A DNA stretch of 62,673 nt, the filler included, from Choristocarpus tenellus KU-1152 (Eukaryota; Protista; Phaeophyceae), in NCBI GenBank assembly GCA_964200185.2. It is 10 parts of 10 records of this genome, joined end to end, with 100 filler letters (N's around TTAATTAATTAA, not from the genome) between each part and the next. Parts side by side here need not be neighbours in the genome. Positions count along the whole stretch, not along the records: positions 54,135 to 59,537 come from CAXNAD020010900.1; positions 59,638 to 62,673 come from CAXNAD020022783.1; 8 more parts are not named here. One strand, written 5' to 3'. Below, piece by piece: positions 54,862 through 62,673 of the stretch. Below the pieces are notes generated by a model. The model was not told where the DNA came from. It ran no database searches and saw nothing but the letters and a program-made list of their open reading frames with translations. How positions within the stretch are numbered: the first letter of the stretch is position 1; every line of letters begins with the position of its first letter. A program made the position numbers and the translations under genes.

Positions 54862-56389
54862 CTCTCACGGGACGAAAGAGCTGCACTCCCAACAAAAAGA
54901 TATTTATTATGAAGAAGAAAGTGAATAGAGCCTTGATGGGTTTTCAGTGACCACTAGAAGAAGAAAAAAAGATACACTTAGTGTTAGTGCTGTGCCGTTG
55001 TATTTTTTTGTGTGTGTTTGTGTGTGTTTATTCATCTTTTGTTGCTGGTGAATGATGTGTGCGCAGAGTTTGATTATAGAAGTGTATGGCGTGTGTTATA
55101 TACAAGTGGTGTCAAGTGCTTTGGAATGGAGTAAATATTGAGTGTTCTGGAGTATTGTTGGGGCATATAGTGATAGTACCAAGCGATAGTTCCTGATCAT
55201 ATGATCAGTTTTGATATTTTTTCTATCTACATGCACGCTTCACCTGTAGTTCTGTACCACTGGGGGCAGAGACATTTTAAGTATGGTGTGTTTATGGAGC
55301 AGTGGTGATTGTGTTTTGGGGTTTGAGACGATTAGTTCTGTAAGTGAGTTGTACTATATGGCAGATGGTTGATTGTGCTCACACTAAAAAATTGACTGTT
55401 TATTCTCAGAACAGATCGTGGTTGTTGTTGATATTTCATGGTATGTATAGTAGTATACCACCAATGGTTTCCTTTGAGGTTACTTCAAGGTTACACTGAC
55501 GAACACGTTTTGTTTATTATTTTGCTAGGCAGTAAAGGTGTGAATGAATACAAGACATTAATTTATTTTTTATCTTCTCATCTGTTTTTTGGCTCTCTGG
55601 TGGCAGGAGGAGATGGTGCCTGTGAGAGGTACGTTTTTGTGGTATGATCTCATACAATCTATGTGTAAGGCGTTGCTGAGTGTGAACTCAGCAGGATAAA
55701 TATCTCACTGACGCCGGCTAGTAGGTGGTCTTGTTATCCCAGGATCAGGAATAAGAATCTTGCAACTGTTCGATTTGTGCAAGATCTGTACCTCCTCTTG
55801 TCTTTCCCCCTAGAGAGTGTCTTTTGATGAATTGATTTTTCTCTGAAATCACTTGCAAATGATTTTTGTTGTTGAGGGATGATCGATCGTGATTAAATTG
55901 TTGTTACTGCCAACAAAGTACTGTGACTACCATCTTCACATTCTGTGTTTAGGGAGTGCTTTGTGAAGGTTCGCATCAAAATGGGTTGGATTTGTTGCTT
56001 TTTTTTGGTGGGGTTAGTGTTTGGAATATACTTTTTTCATCGTTCACCCAATTTATTGTCAGATTTGAAATAGTCGGACCGATTCTTCCAGAAAAAACCT
56101 AGTGCGCAAGCCTGTCCCCTGGGAGATTTTAATACACCACTGGGCTTGGCCTGAGGTGTCTCAGACCCATTGTCAAACGATAAGGGTCATGGGTACATAC
56201 ATATATACCAATTCATACATTTGGGTGTTGCAATGTCAACTTTCTTATTCAGTGCCCTCGCAAACATGGAGTGTGTGCTGATCCAGTCCATGTTGGAGTG
56301 CATGGTATTATTATTTCTGTCACACGAGCAACTGAATGACTTGACAGGCGAATTGAAATAATCAAATGAATGACAATTAATTGTGGAGG

Positions 56390-56796
56390 TGTCAAGGCGC
56401 CAAAGCTCTCGGCAAAAGGGGGGGGAATCACAATCACCAGACTGAACTCTCTTACACCTTAGAGGGTGGGACCGACTTTCACAGGTCCTGGACCAGAATA
56501 AGTCAGTTGAGCAAATCCAGAACAGAACTAAAACCTTAATGCATTTCGAATGTCCCAGAATGACTGAGCAGCGTCACAGCAGAGAAATGGATCTGTCAGA
56601 ATCGGAATGGATCTTTGTCCTGACATCCTTGTGACTTTTTGATCAAATCCAGAACTTTTATGGGTGTGACTGGTTTTGCGGACTGGTCGGTATGGGCAAG
56701 TTCCATTGACGTGGTTGGCGCGGGCAAATGTATATGGCCGAGCGTCATATCCATAAAATTTGTCCAATATCCCCAAAAAGGAACCTATCCCTGACA
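56390..56796 (-). mobile_element. Solo LTR (~407 bp) of a copia family
   Basis: TGTCA...TGACA termini; aligns along its length with 60309-60978 once the MITE insertion is removed. No matching 5-bp TSD seen. Confidence 0.75.
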
Positions 56797-58220
56797 TGGT
56801 ACTTTGTTCAAAGTATAAATTACCTCACCGATTCTTCATTTTGGAGTTATTTCAGTGTGGGTGTTGGTATTGGTTCACGATTAGTAAGTGGTATACATAA
56901 ATATGTAAGTTGCGCCCCCTGTTAGTCAAAAGATGCTTAACCGTGCGAGTATTAACACAAATAGGACAAGAAAAAAGAAAGGTGATCAAATTTGAAGTAA
57001 GATGGGGGAATCAAGAGTCCTACACACTCGCACTCAGTAAGGACAGAACTTTCAACACAGCTGATCCACGTCACCAGTAGAATCACCAATAAGGTCCCTA
57101 GGACGGATGAAAAACTTAGTCCGGTGTCGGACCAAAAAGTGAAGTCGTCTTTAGTCTTTTAGTGATAAAAAACTATCAGCTGTAGTGATAGTGTTACACT
57201 ATTACAAAGCAGGTAGGTGGGGCCCTTTGGCTAGGAAGACGAGACAACTGCAAAAACGAGCAACAAACAAGAGTTTATATTTATTACACAGCAGGTATTT
57301 ATGCAAGACCATCTTGCCCCACTCATACTCCACCCTCCACAGTCACACCCTTTAACCTCAACCACCTGCCAATCTCACTCCGTCAACTGTGTTTCTCTTC
57401 TTGTTAGTTTGATGATTTGAGTGGGGAGGTCCATGATGAGAAACTCTCGCATGTCTACAGGTTATTTGGAATCCTTCATGTGTCTAATACATGCACGTAA
57501 GACATAGCTACGAAATAACCTGTATAATGACAAAATAGTAACAAAAACGATTCACACAGCAGAGAGATTCAGTGTACAACACCTACGAAAAATATATACA
57601 ATCTCCTACTAACGAACACAGCAACGTATCAATTATACAGTCTGGTGTAAGATCTACTCGAATAATACTACCACTGCAATTGCTATTTTTTTAGAAGCCT
57701 ATCGTTCTATTATTTCTACTAATAATTTTTGTTCCGTATAATTCGGGTTTATGAGATGAAGTGATGCATGGAGGAAACATACAACAAAAGTTAGCTATTG
57801 GATAGGAAAGTAAGCCTCATTCATTGGTTGGTGTTTGCAATAATACAGGGTTCGTAATTGTTGTTGTGTCTGTCGTTTTATCTTGTAAGTTATGCTTACC
57901 CCTCGAAACACACGATGACCAACAGCATGTCCGTGGGCGTGTAAGAACGTTAAAAGCATGCATAGAAGTTGGGAAGAAGTACATGATGCCTAGTCTTCGT
58001 TATCTCTACTTCATTTCTGTTCTGTAGTTGGATAGAGTACTGGTACTTGTCATATTCTCCTTGTAGTGTCGGCTAGGATGCAGACATCCAAATAAGGTTA
58101 CTGTACAGAGACTTCGTCGGTGTTGGCGCTGTTTGTTTTTGCTCTCTTTGTTGAACTTACCTGATCTGAGACCACCCAAAGCTTACTCTCAATATATACC
58201 AATCAAACCTTCAAGCATAT

Positions 58221-58467
58221 GAGTCGAAGTATAGGAGAGATACCCATAGTTGCATGTGAAGGATGCTGACGGTATTTTTTTCTGATGTGTGTATAGGATA
58301 TTTTCTGGCTTGTCCCGAAGAAGTCATGGACAAAAGGGAAATAAGCACTCTCAAGGCAAACTTTAGAGCTTCATCCATAGAAGTATGGGTGAATTGCAAG
58401 AGATTGAAAAACAGTTATAATTCAAATCGGCTACCAAAACCTGGGTAGTTCTTGTATACTTTGGCTC
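58221..58467 (-). mobile_element. MITE family E, reverse copy with 3-bp TAT target duplication
   Basis: TAT|GAGTCGAAGTATAGGAGAGATACCCA...TGGGTAGTTCTTGTATACTTTGGCTC|TAT. Confidence 0.75.
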
Positions 58468-59175
58468 TATGATGCATGCCCACCAAGAGGAGAGTTGTAT
58501 GGTAGACCAACCGTTACTATGGTGCTAACAGGAATCAACTTACCACTAATAGATTGTGAGAAGAAAAAGGTATTGAACAATACGACCCGCACGATGATAT
58601 TCCGTAAAAGATCCATTTGCTCGGAGGCTGTCGAAGATCGCCCTTCCAAAACCAGGACAACGGCCAATTGGGTTCAACGTATACTAAATAAAAAAAATAG
58701 CAATCTTTGATATTATATCAACGAAAAAGCGAAATAAATCAATACCACCATTGTAAAGAAGAACATGCATGTTCGGTGAACATTTCTAATCCTCAGGTTT
58801 TGAATGGGGGGCATATCTGTGGATGGTCTACAGGACCTTGAACGGTCAAATGGAAAAGACGCGACAAAACCTGAAAACATAGAGGATCGTATTACAGAAA
58901 ATTCGCATTCCTCCATAAATAAATTGCCTGCCTCAAGATATTCTTCCTCGAGTCACACCTCTCAGAACGAGTTGAAAGAAGCATGGCAAATACATTGATC
59001 TATGAGGGTGAAAACGGACACATTAGTGGGGGAGATATCTTAGAGACCATAGTAAAAACGTCGCTGAGTTTAAGGACATACTCCTGACACCCTTCCCAAA
59101 AGCACAGCTGAGAAGAAGGGAAAAAATCAAGTTAACCTAAGTGAAAGATAAAAAGGGTGAGGAAAGAGTGGAAAC

Positions 59176-59355
59176 GATCCAAAGTATCTGGGCGAGGGGG
59201 GGGGTCAACACCAGGGTGTACATTTGGGTCAAAATCCGGAAACGTGCATTTACATTATGCATTCGACGTATGCAACCAAATCACTAAGAATCGCGACGTA
59301 AAAAACCTCGACGTCAAATGGACAGCCGCCACGCCCCCCAAAGATACTATCAGCC
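59176..59355 (+). mobile_element. MITE family A, full copy
   Basis: GATCCAAAGTATCTGGG...AAGATACTATCAGCC; body colinear with 10833-11016. Confidence 0.8.
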
Positions 59356-59649
59356 ACAGCTTGGCGTAGATCGGCCTAGTGGCATCCCTCACCCACGGTA
59401 GAAATAATTCGGAGCATGAATGTGATCTGTAATAAAGTGGCCGACCAATGACCCAAAGTATCTGGGAGGGGAGGGGGGGTCTACACCAAGGTGTCCATTT
59501 GGGTCGAAATCAGGGAAAGTGCATTTACAGTATCTATNNNNNNNNNNNNNNNNNNNNNNNNNNNNNNNNNNNNNNNNNNNNTTAATTAATTAANNNNNNN
59601 NNNNNNNNNNNNNNNNNNNNNNNNNNNNNNNNNNNNNAACTGCCCAACA

Positions 59650-59813
59650 CCTCCCACCACCACATCACAGCACCTGCTCAAGACCCACCCCCACCTATCA
59701 CCGAAACTGCTCAAAACCCCCCACTACCACATCACAGAAATTGCTCAAGACCCACCCCCACCTATCACCGAAACTGCTCAAGACCCCTCACCACATCACA
59801 GAAATTGCTCAAG
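59650..59813. repeat. ~33-bp tandem repeat with alternating A/B units (~67-bp dimer)
   Basis: CCACATCACAG...TGCTCAAGACCC alternates with CCACCTATCACCGAAACTGCTCAA; 5 units. Confidence 0.85.
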
Positions 59814-60308
59814 CCGTATGCCATATACATTTGTACAGTTGTACTGATTGAGGTTTCCTTGTCAGGATTTTCTTATTCGAGTGGAGAATCTTCCAAACAA
59901 TTGAGGTGGGGAATTTTGAGCAAGAAACCAATCCCAGAAGTAATAAACATCCCTGTAACCAGCGATGTGCACTACCTGGGGAGGTTTGTGATGATTCCCC
60001 TCTCGTAAGATTCTCATCACTCCACGGTTTTTCTGCAAGTCCTTGCAGTGTTGCACTTGTCTAACCTTAACCTCGTCCTCTCGGTTCAGGTTCGTCTTGG
60101 TCCTTCTGGTCCGTCTTGCCCTGTGATTCCCTTCGCCATCCTTACCTGAGTGAACCACCCCGCCACAGAATCACACGATTCATATTGGCGACACTGGTGA
60201 CATTCAAACTCACACGTGCGAAGCACACAAACTTAGCACATACGGTATATGGCATACGGTAATAACGATATAACAACAGACAAACATGTTTTCCACATAT
60301 ATGTGAAG

Positions 60309-61941
60309 TGTCAAAGGTGCCAAGATCCCTGCTCAAGGGGGCAGTCACAATCACCGGAATGAAACTCCTTCACCTCAGACGGTGGGACCGAGTTTCAAGG
60401 TCTTGGCTCTATTCTCATAACAGAGTCAAGTATCTTAGAGGGTAGAGTCGCGTCCATTTGAGGGCCAAAATCCAATGTTGCAATTTGATGTAATTTTGGC
60501 TATCATGTTTGTTAGGAGATGTCAACATCCTTGTTCCGAACACTCCTTTTCATAACGTAGACATTTTACTTCTCCCAAACCTTTTGGAGTAGGTAAAATG
60601 TCATAAAAAATTTAAGGAAGCCAAGCCCCAAATGGACAAACAGGGCAAAACTCGTACCCTCTAAGACACCTTCACTCAACAGATCAGTAAATCCAGAACA
60701 GAACAACCCTTTCAGAACACGACAGATGTTCCAGAATAATTGAGCAACTTCACAGCAAAGAAACGGATTTGTCAGAATCGGAATGGTTCTTCGTTCTGAG
60801 GGTCCATTTTGACTGTTTGGTCAAATTCGGATCTCATAGGTGTGACTGTTTCTTTGGACTGGTCGGTACGGATGAGCTCAAATGATGTGTTTGGCGCGCG
60901 CCATCGTATCTGACCGCGCGTCTAGTACATAACGTGTGTGTGTGTCGGAGATCCCTGAAAAGGAACCTGTCCCTGACATTGCCCCCCCCCCAGTGTGGAT
61001 TCTATTCGACACGGTAAAACACACATTCTTCGTCTGTTGTAGTGGCAGGTGTCTTGTGATTATGACAAGTCGCTTGGTCAATGGCTCTTACATTAGGGAG
61101 GTCCAACTTGTTCTCATCCGTATAGGCTGCGATCATCTCTGCATATTCAGGTATTTCAGCGGGTTTGCGCCATACATCACTGGCCGGTGAAAATCCCTGG
61201 ACGCGAAGCCGGTACAAATAATTGCGGGTGGTTTTTCTTCCTACCCCACGTTTATGATCAACAATGCCCTCTACATTGTAAGATCCGATGGGAACTTCTC
61301 CTTAAGTCCCTCAATGATACTCACAGCATAACCAGCTCCTGATCCCTTAGCCATCAGCATGGCATCCATATGGACAATCATGATCATCACAGTCTCACCA
61401 TCCACAATCTTTCTGAACAGACATGGATCTGCCTCATATTGATCCCAGCCCAAATCCAGCAAAGTTCCAACAGCTGAAAATTCTAGTTGCCCTAGTCCTG
61501 CCTTTGACCTCTGCACTCTCCCTTTGCCATCCATCTGCCTCGGTCAAAAACCATCTTTGTCCCTAGCGCCTTGTGACCATCAGTGGAGCGAGGTACTTGA
61601 ATCCACACTCCCCTGCTATCCAGATCATCCACTTCTTCATGAATATCAGCTTTCCACAGAGGCCACTCCTCACACTCTCTCGCTACTCTCATGGTCTTAG
61701 GTTCTGGTGGGAGGAGTTTATCTTTCCCACCCACAAGTAGACCAACCAGTTTTCGCTCATGCCTTGGTGTCCATTCCAATGGTTCACCAGGTTCAGATGG
61801 GGGGTCGTGGTTATGATCCACTAGTCGCAGTAACAACTTTCCACCACTCCCCTCTCTGGTGTAGGAGGTTTTCTCTTGAACGTTGAGCCAAACACGGAGT
61901 GAGTGCCGTGAGGTGCGAGTGTCACACTGCATACCCGTCAT
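60309..61941 (-). mobile_element. 3' part of a decayed Ty1/copia LTR retrotransposon: RT remnant, polypurine tract, 3' LTR (60978-60309)
   Basis: EPKT...EEWPLWKADIHEEVDDLDSRGVW...LGTKMVF and GWDQYEADPCLF...IVHMDAML (degenerate YVDD). The minus strand reads GGGGGGGGGCAA|TGTCAGGG (PPT then LTR start) and the LTR ends TGACA. Confidence 0.85.
60423..60677 (+). mobile_element. MITE family B inserted into the copia LTR, 4-bp AACA target duplication
   Basis: AACA|GAGTCAAGTATCTTAGAGGGTA...TACCCTCTAAGACACCTTCACTC|AACA; absent from the homologous solo LTR at 56390-56796. Confidence 0.88.
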
Positions 61942-62673
61942 AAGGGCAAAAGTTGGAAGGGGGGTTTCCCTCCAGGTTTCCTCCTCCCCTGGATCCCCAA
62001 CGCTGCTTACCGATATGTTAGGACCTGGAAATGACGTTCATTTCATTTCTGCCACACGTTCATGATAGGATAAGGAGCGACATATTACTTCCTTGTCCAA
62101 TCACCTGTTCTTGGCATTGAAGCAGTTAGCCTTCAGACTAGGAGAGCATGTTACACATGCGATATGTCTTTATGACGGTTTCGCAAACGCCATTATGACC
62201 TCTTGAAGTCCTAGATTACATGTATTTGTACTTCTTGACTATTCATATATTACTTGATCATTATGATGTTCAATAGATATAAGACATTGCTGTCCAGTTC
62301 CTTCTTATACCATGACAATTTATGCTCAATGAAGGGAATAATCCAAGTGAGAGATCCGGCGTACTTGACGGCTTGTGCATCCGAAGTTCTGTATGTGCAT
62401 CAGCGCTATCCGTAGACTTATGGACTGGACCTATACATCCCATGGAAGTGAGCTATTGAGCGCACTGAAGCATATATGCTACACACAATTACAACGGAGG
62501 CTGTTGTTTGCAGGTCCCATGGCGTGCATGGAGGATCATACCGTACCCAAGTACTCGATGCTTGTGGAACTTGCACCTAAAACACCAAGGAGGAATAGGG
62601 AAGGGCAGGAGAGAAACCGGTAGTGGTGCCTCTAAGATGATTTTGCAAGTTTCAACAGGCTCAAAGTATCCGG

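Noticed and set aside
57360-59030. Possible minus-strand multi-exon gene
   Set aside because: Only scattered donor/acceptor-like sites; I could not build a phase-consistent, recognisable protein.

Overview
Eukaryotic nuclear DNA, most likely a brown alga or close photosynthetic stramenopile relative. Evidence: GT-AG intron-rich genes, a nuclear petC with a signal peptide plus ASA-FMAP bipartite plastid leader, and a terminal exon resembling brown-algal type III polyketide synthases. The window is 10 contigs joined by nine identical artificial 100-nt spacers (N44-TTAATTAATTAA-N44), so adjacency across spacers is not biological evidence. Recognisable genes: a tandem double-domain METTL21-like methyltransferase, PRMT7, a partial coronin, RRP36, a partial petC, the 3' end of a YlmH/Sll1252 S4-domain gene, the last exon of a type III PKS, and two unknown multi-exon genes. 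The rest is dense in transposon relics: mariner, LINE, DIRS/Ngaro-like, Ty1/copia with LTR and polypurine tract, and at least three MITE families sharing a G(A/G)(G/C)(T/C)CAAAGTA-type terminus. The most striking observations are (1) a ~150-bp AT-rich bacterial-type rplS (L19) fragment, Rickettsiales-like in my reading, embedded in the DIRS-like retroelement; (2) short telomeric (CCCTAA)n tracts at apparent branch-point positions and probably inside one exon; and (3) the shared-terminus MITE group. I found no complete novel multi-gene system.
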